Assembly (NCBI GenBank): GCA_016213435.1
Contig: JACRAL010000093.1
Location: 13,670 to 77,669 of the forward strand
DNA length: 64,000 bases
Direction of reading: 5' to 3'
Source: Bacteroidota bacterium
GTDB taxonomy: Bacteria > Bacteroidota > Bacteroidia > Palsa-948
Below the pieces are notes generated by a model. It had not been told where the DNA came from. It worked only from the letters and a program-made list of their open reading frames with translations, and did no database searches. Below, piece by piece: positions 19,355 to 29,646 of the stretch (position 1 is its first letter; every line of letters starts with the position of its first letter). The translations under genes and the position numbers were made by a program.

Positions 19355-20568
19355 TCGTTTTCTTTTGCTCTTTCAAGGAGTGACTGCGAAATATCTTTGG
19401 TGGTTTTTGCTCCAAGTTCTTTAATTGTTTCTGCCCTGCGGACTAAATTTCCTTTTCCGGAAGAAAGTTTTTTCATCGCATCATCGTAGGAACTTTTTGC
19501 ATCATTCATTTTTTTTCCAATAGAAAGCAAATCTTCAACAAACCCGACAAACTTATCATACAGATCTCCACTTTGTTTCGCAATCTCAAGTGCATTACGC
19601 GTTTGCCGTTCCTGTTTCCATATGGAAGAAATAGTTCTCAAAGTAGCAAGAAGTGTGGAAGGGCTCACAATCACAATTTTTCTTTCCCATGCATAATTAA
19701 AAAGTTCGTTATCCGCCTGAACCGCCAAACTGAAGGATGATTCTATCGGAATAAATAGCAAAACAAAATCAGGAGTGTTCAGTTGCCCGAGCCCCTGATA
19801 ATTTTTTTCACTCAACCCTTTAATGTGATTCTTCACAGAAATAACATGTGCTGCCAGATTGGTTTCACGATCTTCTTCATCTGATGCATTTACAAAAGCT
19901 TCATACGCTACCAAAGAAACTTTTGCATCAATGATGATGTGCTTTTTATCCGGAAAATTAATGATAGCATCGGGCTGAACGCGCTTGCCGTCTTCTGTGG
20001 TAATGCTTACCTGCATTTCGTACTCAAGTCCTTTCTGCAGTCCGGAACGCTCCAATACCTTTTCTAAAATAATTTCTCCCCAGTTTCCTTGCTTTTTCGA
20101 GTCTCCTTTCAACGCTTTTGCCAGATTATTTGCCTCTTCGCTGATCTGCTTATTCAGTGTCACCAGCGCCTTGATCTCTCCTTTGAGGGAATTTCGCTCA
20201 GATGCTTCTGCTTTATATGTATTGTCAACTTTTTTTTCAAACTTGGCAATATTTTCTTTGAGAGGATTTAAAATATTTTCAAGATTGGTTTTATTTTGCT
20301 CAGTAAATTTTTTGCTTTTATCTTCAAGAATTTTATTTGCCAGATTTTCAAATTCAGTTGTGAAAGTTTTTTGCAGCGTATCCACTTCCTCCTTTTGTGT
20401 TTTAAGTTTTTCTTCCAGTCCTTTATTCAAAGCTGTTTGAGTCGCAAGATCACGGGTCAGATCAAGCAATTCTCCATTTGACAAATCGGGCGTTTGTTTG
20501 AATTTCGCCAAAAGCCATCCTATGAGAACACCAACTACTAATCCTATTATCAATAACAATATTTGCAT
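19351..20568 (-). CDS. rmuC: DNA recombination protein RmuC
   Basis: 405 aa with an N-terminal transmembrane segment, a coiled coil, and a C-terminal RmuC nuclease-like domain. Confidence 0.8.
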   Translation of the reverse strand: MQILLLIIGLVVGVLIGWLLAKFKQTPDLSNGELLDLTRDLATQTALNKGLEEKLKTQKEEVDTLQKTFTTEFENLANKILEDKSKKFTEQNKTNLENILNPLKENIAKFEKKVDNTYKAEASERNSLKGEIKALVTLNKQISEEANNLAKALKGDSKKQGNWGEIILEKVLERSGLQKGLEYEMQVSITTEDGKRVQPDAIINFPDKKHIIIDAKVSLVAYEAFVNASDEEDRETNLAAHVISVKNHIKGLSEKNYQGLGQLNTPDFVLLFIPIESSFSLAVQADNELFNYAWERKIVIVSPSTLLATLRTISSIWKQERQTRNALEIAKQSGDLYDKFVGFVEDLLSIGKKMNDAKSSYDDAMKKLSSGKGNLVRRAETIKELGAKTTKDISQSLLERAKENE

Positions 20569-20664
20569 TAAATGTTTATTTGTATAAATCTAAAAGCAAA
20601 GATAAGATACAATTCGGGATAAAGTTCTTCCCTCCAAACAAGCAAATTCATTTAGTTATGGACT

Positions 20665-22443
20665 TCAAAAGTAATTTACGATTCCAAAATTCACCTTGCC
20701 TGCTTTCAAATTAATGGGATTAGTAAACTCTCTACCCAGCGCGTAGTTAATGGAAAAAATTCCTGCCTTAGTTTCAAAACTAATGCCCGCACCAAAACCA
20801 TAAGGCGTATCATAGCGGTCACCGATAAAGGAAACGCTGTGATTTTCATAATAGGCTGCATCGCCAAAAAAATAGAGATAAGAATTTTCTTCAAGCAGGT
20901 AGCGGTATTCAAGTGTAAAAATAGAATACTGCGAAGCAAAAATAGATTCCTCATCAAAACCGCGCAAGGTTTTAAATCCACCGATCCTGTACAATTCATT
21001 CCGAAACATATTATCATTCTGCAGGTAAGCGGATCTGTTTCCTATTTTCAGCGTACTCCTGTTTTTTATCGGGACAAAAATCTCAGCTTCAAATTCAGAA
21101 GAGTACTGAACCGAATTTAATTTCAGTCCATTATAAATATTTGCATCGAGTTTCGGATTCTGCTTAATGGTTTTATTTCCCGCACCAATCGTTACAAAAA
21201 CGGAATATCCTCTTCTTGGATTCAGGCGATAATCTAATCTCTCGGATTTAAAGCTGATCCCGTATATAGAGGAAGTAATGTCGGCATACGGAGGAAGCGT
21301 GATGATGTGTTTTAATCCTGTCGTAGCAATCAGTGTCATCTGCCTGCGGTTGACGAATGCTTTGAAATAATTTCCTCCCGAAAGAAGATATTGTATTCCG
21401 AAGTTCGGATTCACTTCTAAATAAGTAGAATCCTTTTTGTAAAGTTTAAAACTGGCATCAATCCCAAACGGAGTTTTAAACAGGAATGGGAAAACGAAAT
21501 GCGTTTTTAGGTCCTGCGTACTTGCCTGCAAGCGCTTCCAGTTGAGCTCAAACAGTTCTCCGCGATAGAAAGCATTGTTGAGTTTCAGATGAGCATCTCC
21601 TGTAAGAAGAACTTTTCCGGTTTTGTTATCGGGAAGCAGACCCACAATTCCGTCAAACTGACTCGCATTTTTTTTCTCAAGAAACAATTCCAGTTTTGCA
21701 TTTGCTCCCGGAAATAAAACCCTGTATGGAATTCGTTCTTTTACAAACGAAAGCTCCTTGACTCGTGTACCGACCTTTCTTATCAGAGACTCATTATACA
21801 GATCACCGCTTTTAATGGAAAGATGACTTTGTAAATACACAGAGGAAATTTTCGCTGATCCATGATTTACTACGCTATCAATTTTAAGAAGATTATTTTT
21901 TTGCAGATTAATGCAAGCTGAAATCGAAACATTCGAAATAACAATGCTGTCTAATTTTACCGAAGCAAAAGGATAACCGTTGTTTTCGCAGTACGTAAGA
22001 ATTTTTTCTTGAAGTTTTCGGACATCCTTGAAGTAAAGCGGTTTCCCCGCCTCACCCCTAGCCCCTCTCCGAAGGAGAGGGGGATTTACTTCACGCAGAA
22101 TTGCTTCTTCCACATTTCCTTTTAGGAGCGTTGCCCATTTGTATTGTTCACCTGTTTTGATATAAATTACCTCACCCCATACCTCCTCTCCCACAGGAGA
22201 GGGAAGTTCGACCACACTATCAACTGAAGCTGAGAGATAAGCATTATCGTACAAGCTGAAAAGAACATTCTGAATTTCTTTGTCGCGTTCTGTTTCTGAT
22301 AGGAAAGTTTTTTTGTAGGAAATCTTGTTTAAAATTTCGCTTGATTGAGAAGGTTTTATCTCCAAAAAAAATAACTTCTGAGCAAATGCTTCAACTCCGC
22401 ACAGCATGACAAGAGAAAAAAGCAAAAGAAAAAACCGTTTCAT
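20665..22443 (-). CDS. Omp85-family outer membrane protein (BamA/TamA-like)
   Basis: 592 aa with a signal peptide. The C-terminal beta-barrel ends in GKVNFGIVNYF. Contains two in-frame palindromic elements. Confidence 0.55.
   Translation of the reverse strand: MKRFFLLLFSLVMLCGVEAFAQKLFFLEIKPSQSSEILNKISYKKTFLSETERDKEIQNVLFSLYDNAYLSASVDSVVELPSPVGEEVWGEVIYIKTGEQYKWATLLKGNVEEAILREVNPPLLRRGARGEAGKPLYFKDVRKLQEKILTYCENNGYPFASVKLDSIVISNVSISACINLQKNNLLKIDSVVNHGSAKISSVYLQSHLSIKSGDLYNESLIRKVGTRVKELSFVKERIPYRVLFPGANAKLELFLEKKNASQFDGIVGLLPDNKTGKVLLTGDAHLKLNNAFYRGELFELNWKRLQASTQDLKTHFVFPFLFKTPFGIDASFKLYKKDSTYLEVNPNFGIQYLLSGGNYFKAFVNRRQMTLIATTGLKHIITLPPYADITSSIYGISFKSERLDYRLNPRRGYSVFVTIGAGNKTIKQNPKLDANIYNGLKLNSVQYSSEFEAEIFVPIKNRSTLKIGNRSAYLQNDNMFRNELYRIGGFKTLRGFDEESIFASQYSIFTLEYRYLLEENSYLYFFGDAAYYENHSVSFIGDRYDTPYGFGAGISFETKAGIFSINYALGREFTNPINLKAGKVNFGIVNYF
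22050..22084. repeat. GC-rich palindromic element copy, in frame
   Basis: CCTCACCCCTAGCCCCTCTCCGAAGGAGAGGGGG; encodes LRRGARGEAG in the host ORF. Confidence 0.7.
22170..22203. repeat. GC-rich palindromic element copy, in frame
   Basis: CCTCACCCCATACCTCCTCTCCCACAGGAGAGGG; encodes PSPVGEEVWGEV. Confidence 0.65.
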
Positions 22444-22491
22444 GAAATAAAGATACGAGTAATAACGGGAAATATTGTTTGTAGAATCAAA

Positions 22492-23166
22492 TCAATAAAC
22501 CACCCCTGGGCAACTGTCATGCCCTCCCGGGCGATAAATCAATCCGATGCGGAGTTCCCATGCACGATTGCGAATGTCAAGAGGAGGAGTTTTGTAAGCA
22601 TAATAAAAAGGAGTATCCGGATTGTAGTGAACTTCAATAAATGGCTTGAAATTACCGTAAACAATCTTCTCAAATCCCGCTCCAATTGACCAACTGAAAT
22701 TAAACTTTTGGAATGCGCCTGTAATGGCTGTGGATTTAGTGCCTTGCGTGAGCAGGTATTCAACGCGTGGTCCCATAAGCAAATATGGAAATCCATCAAA
22801 GGTTTCGTACTGGAATTTCAAAAAATTATTCCAGCAGATGTAGTTCAATCGGTTTTTGAAAGTGGCGCTGTCGGTTTTGTCTTTGCATCCTTTCTGGTCG
22901 TATTGAATTTCCGTTACCCAGCGTATATTTTCGTTATCAATAAATTCTGCTCTGAGTGAACCATTAAATCCGAAAATATTTTTTTTACGTTCAGTGGCAG
23001 AAGAACCATCGGGGTAATGCAGAAACCATTTTTCTTTTGCAAGATCTACTCCGGCTGTTGCCCCTATTCCCTGAAAGAACTGAGCAGCAGCCTCACCCCC
23101 CACCCCTCTCCAAAAGAGAGGGGAGAAAAAAATTATTATAGCGAGTGTAATATTTTTTTTGTTCAT
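22492..23166 (-). CDS. Hypothetical outer-membrane beta-barrel protein
   Basis: 224 aa with a signal peptide and alternating hydrophobic pattern. Contains a palindromic element at 23091-23124. Confidence 0.4.
   Translation of the reverse strand: MNKKNITLAIIIFFSPLFWRGVGGEAAAQFFQGIGATAGVDLAKEKWFLHYPDGSSATERKKNIFGFNGSLRAEFIDNENIRWVTEIQYDQKGCKDKTDSATFKNRLNYICWNNFLKFQYETFDGFPYLLMGPRVEYLLTQGTKSTAITGAFQKFNFSWSIGAGFEKIVYGNFKPFIEVHYNPDTPFYYAYKTPPLDIRNRAWELRIGLIYRPGGHDSCPGVVY
23091..23124. repeat. GC-rich palindromic element copy, in frame
   Basis: CCTCACCCCCCACCCCTCTCCAAAAGAGAGGGGA; encodes WRGVGGEAAAQ. Confidence 0.7.
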
Positions 23167-23219
23167 TGAGTTTGTTTTTTCCTTCCCTCCCCAATGGGGA
23201 GGGAAGGGTGGGGCTTCTG

Positions 23220-24104
23220 CTATGCGCTGATTGCCTCCGCTTCTTTATTTACTTTCTTCACCAGCCCCTGCAAAACTTTTCCGGGACCAACTTCCACGTA
23301 AGAATTTATTCCATCGGCTGTCATTCGCTGAATAGTTTGTGTCCAGCGCACAGGAGATGTAAGTTGTTGAATCAAATTCATTTTTATTTCATTCGGCTCT
23401 GTTACCGGACTCGCATTTACATTCTGATAAACCGGACAAATAGGTTTTGAAAAACTGGTTGCATTGATGGCAGCTTCCAATTCTTTCTTTGCGGGCTCCA
23501 TCAGCGGAGAATGGAAAGCACCACCCACAGGCAGCACCAATGCGCGCTTTGCTCCTGCAGCTTTCATTTTTTCGCAGGCAATGTTCACTCCTTTGATCGA
23601 ACCTGAGATCACCAATTGTCCGGGGCAATTATAATTTGCGGCAACCACCACTTCGCCTGAGTTTGATATCTCAGCACAAATGTCTTCAACAATTTTATCG
23701 TCAAGATTTAAGATAGCAGCCATGGTGCTTGGATTTGCTTCACATGCCTTTTGCATTTCCATGGCGCGTTTGTAGACCAGCGATAATCCGTCTTCAAACG
23801 TGAGCGCATTTGCAGAAACAAGAGCAGAAAATTCTCCAAGAGAATGTCCGGCCACCGCATTCGGCAGAAATGCGTCTCCCAACGTCTTAGCAAGAATTAC
23901 CGAATGAAGAAAAATTGCCGGTTGAGTTATTTTAGTTTGTTTTAGCTCTTCATCTGTTCCGGAAAACATGGCATCTGTGATCCGAAAACCAAGAAGTTCA
24001 TTTGCCCTTGAAAAAAGTCCGTTAGCAAGAGAGGAGTTTTCGTAAAGCTCTTTACCCATTCCTGAAAACTGCGAACCCTGACCTGGAAAAATATATGCTT
24101 TCAT
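23220..24104 (-). CDS. fabD: Malonyl-CoA:ACP transacylase
   Basis: 294 aa with the GHSLGE active-site motif and GQGSQ. Confidence 0.9.
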   Translation of the reverse strand: MKAYIFPGQGSQFSGMGKELYENSSLANGLFSRANELLGFRITDAMFSGTDEELKQTKITQPAIFLHSVILAKTLGDAFLPNAVAGHSLGEFSALVSANALTFEDGLSLVYKRAMEMQKACEANPSTMAAILNLDDKIVEDICAEISNSGEVVVAANYNCPGQLVISGSIKGVNIACEKMKAAGAKRALVLPVGGAFHSPLMEPAKKELEAAINATSFSKPICPVYQNVNASPVTEPNEIKMNLIQQLTSPVRWTQTIQRMTADGINSYVEVGPGKVLQGLVKKVNKEAEAISA

Positions 24105-24128
24105 ACATCAATGAATTACAATCTTTTC

Positions 24129-24216
24129 AGGACTTACGCAAAAGTTGGAAATTGCAGACTTTTAAGTGCGAAATTTTAACAAAAAAAGCATTTTATCGTT
24201 TTTTTGCGTAAGTCCT
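24129..24216. repeat. Large hairpin element with AGGACTTACGCAAA arms
   Basis: Arms at 24130-24142 and 24203-24215 are reverse complements. The same arm sequence occurs at 44007-44021. Confidence 0.6.
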
Positions 24217-24331
24217 GCTTTTTACGAAAATACGCATGATCGAATCAGCAAATACTCAGAGAGATCACAAAATATCAACATGTATTTTTTCACAAACCAT
24301 CTTCTCTTCAGAAAGGACGAGGATAAGTTTT

Positions 24332-26014
24332 TTATATCTTAAAGTAGATCGTGTGATCTTCATCTTCAGGATTTGCATTTCGTTTTTTCTTCTTAAAGAA
24401 ATGTATCTTCGGAAAAATATGTTTGCGAACCTTATGTTCAGAATCCTTTGCAGGCATATCCGACTTGGGGTGCTTTCTCCTTTTTCCTTCCTTATTCTTA
24501 TTAAACCTACTCTTACTTTTTGAATTTTTATTTTTCTTATTAAATGCAATGTGCGGAACTTTCAACAGGAAATGAAAATCCAAGCCGTAAACATCTTTCT
24601 TAGTAATGAGAGGAAGAACATTTGATGTGCCAACGATGAGCGGACCAAGACGCAAAGAAAATCCGGCACGCACATGAGAATATTTATTGTAAGAAACAGG
24701 AAAATAAGTCCCAAGCCATTTCCAGTCCCAGCGTGGAGTGATGCTGAAAGCAGTTACTTCGTGAATTTTGTCTTCATTATTCTTGAACTGGAAAGCGTAA
24801 TTCATAGTGGAGTTCACGGAAATATTTTTTCCCACATAATAATCTCCCTGCACACTCACCATTGTGGGAAGGTTCATCCTGAACTTTTTATCCACAGCGA
24901 GCATAGAGAATTTTTTCTTCAACGTGTCATCAGCACTGGCAAGAGGGGTGCTTCCGGGCGTACTTAGGGAGCTTAGATTGATCGTGTTATTAAACTCTGC
25001 AGTAAAGTCATGCCCATTGGAAGGCTTCAGGTAAGTAATCCACCCAAGATCCTGAACTGAAAATCCAACTTTATATCTGTATTCGTGCGATAACATAGTT
25101 TCTGTGGACTGCGAAACTTTTTTTGAATGCGTATTTTCTATAGGATGAAATTCATAGGTTGCACCAATATCAAGACCAACAGAGGGCTTTCCTCCAAAGC
25201 CAAACTTCAATGCATTTTTACTGAATTCAAGATTTTTGGAGTGCCCATAATTTACATGCGGACTAATTATTAAAAGACTATCAGATGTATTAAATTTATA
25301 ATCAACATTGTCTATATATATGTAAGCAGCATATAATCCCTGAAGCAATTTTAACCTCCCAGCAACATTCAATCGCCCATTACTTGACTCCATAATCGTT
25401 TTTCCATAGGTAACTCCGTATTCAGTCCACACCATGGTTTGTGTGCTGAGTTTTGGAGAAGAAAGTTGGTTTCCAAACATTGTGCTGTCTGTAGCACCCG
25501 CAACCATCATGTGCGCAAGTGACGGGTCAATGCCGTCAACATTCACATACGCTCTGGTTCGACAGGTAAAGGCAAAAGCATCTTTGTGTTTTTCGCGTGT
25601 AAACATGAACGATGGCAAAGAAATATTCGCTGCAACAAAAACTGAAGCTGCCTTAATTTTCATGCGCTGAGTCAAGTAATCATTGGCGAAATTATTATCG
25701 TTAAAGGCAGGATAATTACCACTTGTTAATCCTCCCGTATGATTAAGGGCTTTTTTTTGAAAACCAATGAAATTATTTGCCACTCCCACGTTCAGACCGA
25801 TGACACTCACATCCCATTTGCGGGGATTATTCACAATACATGCTGGGTTCAAGTCTATTCCGTTCACACCGGAAAATGGGCTATTTGTGTAGCCAAGAAA
25901 ATCTTGGGAATTACAAATTGTAAAATAAAGATTGCAGATTACAAAAAGTGAAATCCCAAAATACTTCTTTCTGCTTTTAATGAAATTTTCCTGCAACAAG
26001 CTGAATAAACTCAT
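24332..26014 (-). CDS. Hypothetical secreted protein with an extremely Lys-rich C-terminal tail
   Basis: The ORF-track span is 24332..26068. The ATG at 26012-26014 gives a signal-peptide-like N-terminus. Overlaps the folE 3' end by about 38 nt. Confidence 0.45.
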   Translation of the reverse strand: MSLFSLLQENFIKSRKKYFGISLFVICNLYFTICNSQDFLGYTNSPFSGVNGIDLNPACIVNNPRKWDVSVIGLNVGVANNFIGFQKKALNHTGGLTSGNYPAFNDNNFANDYLTQRMKIKAASVFVAANISLPSFMFTREKHKDAFAFTCRTRAYVNVDGIDPSLAHMMVAGATDSTMFGNQLSSPKLSTQTMVWTEYGVTYGKTIMESSNGRLNVAGRLKLLQGLYAAYIYIDNVDYKFNTSDSLLIISPHVNYGHSKNLEFSKNALKFGFGGKPSVGLDIGATYEFHPIENTHSKKVSQSTETMLSHEYRYKVGFSVQDLGWITYLKPSNGHDFTAEFNNTINLSSLSTPGSTPLASADDTLKKKFSMLAVDKKFRMNLPTMVSVQGDYYVGKNISVNSTMNYAFQFKNNEDKIHEVTAFSITPRWDWKWLGTYFPVSYNKYSHVRAGFSLRLGPLIVGTSNVLPLITKKDVYGLDFHFLLKVPHIAFNKKNKNSKSKSRFNKNKEGKRRKHPKSDMPAKDSEHKVRKHIFPKIHFFKKKKRNANPEDEDHTIYFKI

Positions 26015-26579
26015 CTCTGGTTTTTGAATTATCGAGAAATCCTCCTGTAAATGCTGAAGTGGTAGCAACCGAATTTTGTTTTTGCACTCCGCGCATCAAC
26101 ATGCACAAGTGCTTTGCTTCAATCACCACTGCCACTCCAAGCGGTTTTAATGTATCCTGAATACAATCACGAATTTGCACAGTAAGTCGTTCCTGCACCT
26201 GTAATCTTCTTGCAAATGCATCCACTACTCTTGGAATTTTACTGAGTCCAACAATTTTTCCATTCGGAATGTAAGCAATGTGCGCTTTTCCAAAAAACGG
26301 AAGTAAGTGATGTTCGCATAAGGAATAAATTTCAATGTCTTTTACAATCACCATCTCTTTATATGCTTCTTTGAATATGGCTGATTTCAAAATGTCAGCA
26401 GGGTTCAGGCAACTTCCATGCAAAAGATATTGCATTGCTTTTGCCACACGCTCGGGAGTTTTCAAAAGCCCTTCGCTTGTCATGTCTGCACCTGAAAGTT
26501 TCAATATCTGCCTGTAATGCTCTGCAAGCTTCCCCGTAGTTTCCGGATTATACTCGTCAATTTTTTTATAGTTGCTCAT
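25977..26579 (-). CDS. folE: GTP cyclohydrolase I
   Basis: 200 aa with the CEHHLLPF motif. Confidence 0.9.
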   Translation of the reverse strand: MSNYKKIDEYNPETTGKLAEHYRQILKLSGADMTSEGLLKTPERVAKAMQYLLHGSCLNPADILKSAIFKEAYKEMVIVKDIEIYSLCEHHLLPFFGKAHIAYIPNGKIVGLSKIPRVVDAFARRLQVQERLTVQIRDCIQDTLKPLGVAVVIEAKHLCMLMRGVQKQNSVATTSAFTGGFLDNSKTRDEFIQLVAGKFH

Positions 26580-26670
26580 GGTTACTAATTACGAATGGTT
26601 ACGAATATACTAATCATTATTTTTGTAAACATAATTGTTAACTACCTGCATGTATTCGCAATATTCGTAG

Positions 26671-27096
26671 TTATTCGTTATAAGTAACCCCGAAATATTC
26701 TACCGAATTATTTTCTGTCTCCTGGATTTTCACACAATGCAGTTCGCATCCGAGTTTTTTTATTGAAGTTTCAAGTTGTTTCCATATCTCAACTACCAGT
26801 GTTTCTGTTGTGCTGAGTTTCCCTTTCATGAAATCCACATCAAGGTTGATATTCTTATGATCAAGTTTAGAAATCACCTTTTCACGGACAATATCACTAA
26901 CATCGGAAAGGTTAGCCACAAAACTCGTATCCGGATCTTGTTCTCCCTTCACAGTAACAAATAATTGATAATTATGTCCATGCCAGTTAGGACTGGCGCA
27001 CTTACCGAATATTTTTAGATTTTTTTCTGCAGACCAATCTTCTCGCATCAATTTATGCGCTGCCGAAAACTGTTCCCTCCGTGTGATGTAAACCAT
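26671..27096 (-). CDS. queD: 6-pyruvoyl-tetrahydropterin / 6-carboxytetrahydropterin synthase
   Basis: CASPNWHGHNY (Cys...HGH) motif. The track ORF extends to 27144; the likely start is MVYITRR at 27096. Confidence 0.75.
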   Translation of the reverse strand: MVYITRREQFSAAHKLMREDWSAEKNLKIFGKCASPNWHGHNYQLFVTVKGEQDPDTSFVANLSDVSDIVREKVISKLDHKNINLDVDFMKGKLSTTETLVVEIWKQLETSIKKLGCELHCVKIQETENNSVEYFGVTYNE

Positions 27097-27164
27097 GTTT
27101 GTATAAAGAGTTGCAAATATAAAAACTCTCATCATTGGGCACATTACATTAGTATATTTGAAGA

Positions 27165-27824
27165 ATGAAAATCCTCATTGTTTCTGCTACAAATTTTGAG
27201 ATTGCCCCACTGCTGAAGAACGTTAAAAAGATTCGCTCAGGCAAGAATCTTCATACTTTTTTCTTCGAAAAACATACGATTGATGTTCTTTTTACAGGAA
27301 TAGGGATGACTTCCACCGCTTTTCATCTTGGAAAAACTCTGAATAAAAAATATGATCTGGCAATTAATGCAGGAGTATCTGGAAGTTTTAAGAGAGAAAT
27401 TCCACTCGGAGCGGTTGTAAATGTAGTGAGTGACTGTTTTTCAGATATTGGTGCCGAGGATGGGAATAAGTTTCTGACGTTGAAGGAAATGGGACTAAAA
27501 GAGGTCTCGAGTCTAAAGCCTCAAATCTCAAGTCCTAAGATCAGAAAAACATTATCCGATTTACCTCAAGTAAATGGGATCACCGTCAATACCGTTCATG
27601 GAAATTCTGCAAGCATTAAAAAAGTTGTACAAAAATTTCATCCTGATATTGAAAGCATGGAAGGCGCTGCGTTCTTCTTTTCCTGCAACCGCGAAAAGAT
27701 TCCCTGCCTGCAGATTCGCGCCATTTCAAATTATGTAAAAAAAAGAAATAAGAAAAACTGGAAACTGAATCTGGCAGTAAAAAATCTTTGCAACTCAATA
27801 GAGCAAATCTTGCAAAATCTCTAA
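27165..27824 (+). CDS. PNP/MTA-nucleosidase-fold protein (futalosine hydrolase-like)
   Basis: 219 aa. The N-terminus (KILIVSATNFEIAPLL) and the GIGMTS/AGVSGSF motifs point to this fold. Confidence 0.45.
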   Translation: MKILIVSATNFEIAPLLKNVKKIRSGKNLHTFFFEKHTIDVLFTGIGMTSTAFHLGKTLNKKYDLAINAGVSGSFKREIPLGAVVNVVSDCFSDIGAEDGNKFLTLKEMGLKEVSSLKPQISSPKIRKTLSDLPQVNGITVNTVHGNSASIKKVVQKFHPDIESMEGAAFFFSCNREKIPCLQIRAISNYVKKRNKKNWKLNLAVKNLCNSIEQILQNL

Positions 27825-27886
27825 ATGAGATTTTATGGAAACAGCATACTAATTGTATCATAACAATAACTTTTAAAAACATCCCA

Positions 27887-29515
27887 ATGAAAAAGACTAT
27901 CTTCTCATCCATTATTTTTCTTCTCCCTCTTTTCCTGTTTTCACAAGAAAACGAGAAAAAAGTTAAATCAGAAATAAAACAGGTAACAGTTTTTTTAAGC
28001 GGTGCTTCGGTAAATAATACCGGAAACACAACGATTGATCCGGGTCAAAGCGATCTTGTTTTTGAAAACCTGTCGCCAAACATTGACGCTAACAGTATTG
28101 AAGCAAAAGGAGAAGGCGCTTTCACCATTCTTGCCGTTTCTTTCCGCACCAATTACCTGAACGATCAGCCAAAGACGAAAGAAATTAAGCAACTGGAAGA
28201 TTCGCTTGAAATACTTCAGCTGAAAATAGATGTGCAGAAAAATATGCGTACTGTTTACGAGAGCGAAAGATCCATGCTTCTTGCCAACAAAAATATAGGT
28301 GGACAAAATACCGGAGTGAATTCTGCTGAACTGGAAAAAGTAGCTAATATCCTTCGCACACGCCTCACCGATCTGAACAACAAACAAATGGAATGCAGCC
28401 TAAAAGAAAAAAAGCTAAACGAACAAATTGCCAAAACACAAAGCCAGCTCAATGAATTCAACGCAAAGAGAAATATAAATACAGGAGAGATCGTGGTGAG
28501 TGTGTCGGCACAATCGGCAGTAAATGCAAAACTTTCTTTGACGTATAATGTGTACAACGCGGGCTGGTCACCGATCTACGATCTGCGTGCAACCGACAGC
28601 AACAGCCCGGTAAAACTGGAGTACCGAGCAAACATCTGGCAGAACACAGGAGTGGACTGGAAAAATGTAAAACTTACTGTTTCAACAGGAAATCCATCAC
28701 AGGGAGGTACAAAGCCCACGATAAATCCATGGTGGTTGAGCTTTTATGCACCAGCGAATTATTACATAGATGGCATAAAAGCCAGAGGTGCGCGATCTGA
28801 AGCACCAAGTATGATGGTGCAGAAATCCTCCCCTGTTGCACAAGAAGAACTTAAAGAAGTCGTTGTGGCAGATAACGCTTCCAACTACACACAAGTTACT
28901 GAGAGCACAACAACTGTTGAGTACGACATCAGCATTCCGTACAATATTTCTTCTGATAATAAACCTCATTCAGTGAGCATACAGAGTTTATCGATTCCTA
29001 CAACCTATCGTTATTATTGCGCTCCTAAACTTGATCCGGATGCTTTCCTGCTTGCCAAAGTTACGGGCTGGGATAAATACAATTTACTCAGCGGAAACAT
29101 GAACATCTTCTTTGAAGGAACTTTTGTGGGCAAGTCCTATCTTGATACGCACACAACCAGCGACACGCTGGACATTTCTCTCGGCAGGGATAAAAATGTA
29201 ATAGTGAAACGAACCTTGCTGAAAGATTTTTCCGAAAAGAAAATAATTGCCACCAACAAAAAGGAATCACGCATGTATGAGATCAGTATCCGTAATAAGA
29301 AAAGCCAGCCGATAGAAATTGACATTGAAGATCAAATCCCCCTCAGCACCAATAATGAAATTACAATTGAAACACTTGAAACCGGTGGATCAAAATACGA
29401 TACAGAAAAAGGATCACTGCTTTGGAACATGAAAGTCGCTACCGGTGAAGAGAAGAAGTTCCGATTCGGATTTTCGGTGAAATATCCTAAAGACAAATCC
29501 ATTTCTAATTTGTAA
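27887..29515 (+). CDS. DUF4139/DUF4140-family secreted protein
   Basis: Signal peptide MKKTIFSSIIFLLPLFLFSQ followed by the family's characteristic N- and C-terminal domains. The track ORF begins at 27788. Confidence 0.6.
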   Translation: MKKTIFSSIIFLLPLFLFSQENEKKVKSEIKQVTVFLSGASVNNTGNTTIDPGQSDLVFENLSPNIDANSIEAKGEGAFTILAVSFRTNYLNDQPKTKEIKQLEDSLEILQLKIDVQKNMRTVYESERSMLLANKNIGGQNTGVNSAELEKVANILRTRLTDLNNKQMECSLKEKKLNEQIAKTQSQLNEFNAKRNINTGEIVVSVSAQSAVNAKLSLTYNVYNAGWSPIYDLRATDSNSPVKLEYRANIWQNTGVDWKNVKLTVSTGNPSQGGTKPTINPWWLSFYAPANYYIDGIKARGARSEAPSMMVQKSSPVAQEELKEVVVADNASNYTQVTESTTTVEYDISIPYNISSDNKPHSVSIQSLSIPTTYRYYCAPKLDPDAFLLAKVTGWDKYNLLSGNMNIFFEGTFVGKSYLDTHTTSDTLDISLGRDKNVIVKRTLLKDFSEKKIIATNKKESRMYEISIRNKKSQPIEIDIEDQIPLSTNNEITIETLETGGSKYDTEKGSLLWNMKVATGEEKKFRFGFSVKYPKDKSISNL

Positions 29516-29646
29516 TACGAGCCAAGTATTACTTCTTCAACTCGCAGATTTTTTACCGGAACAGGCAAAATAGAAATAGGATTTCCTCAGACATAGGGAT
29601 TTCGTACCCGTATTTTTATTACATTCGCGACCCTTTTAAACAAAGT

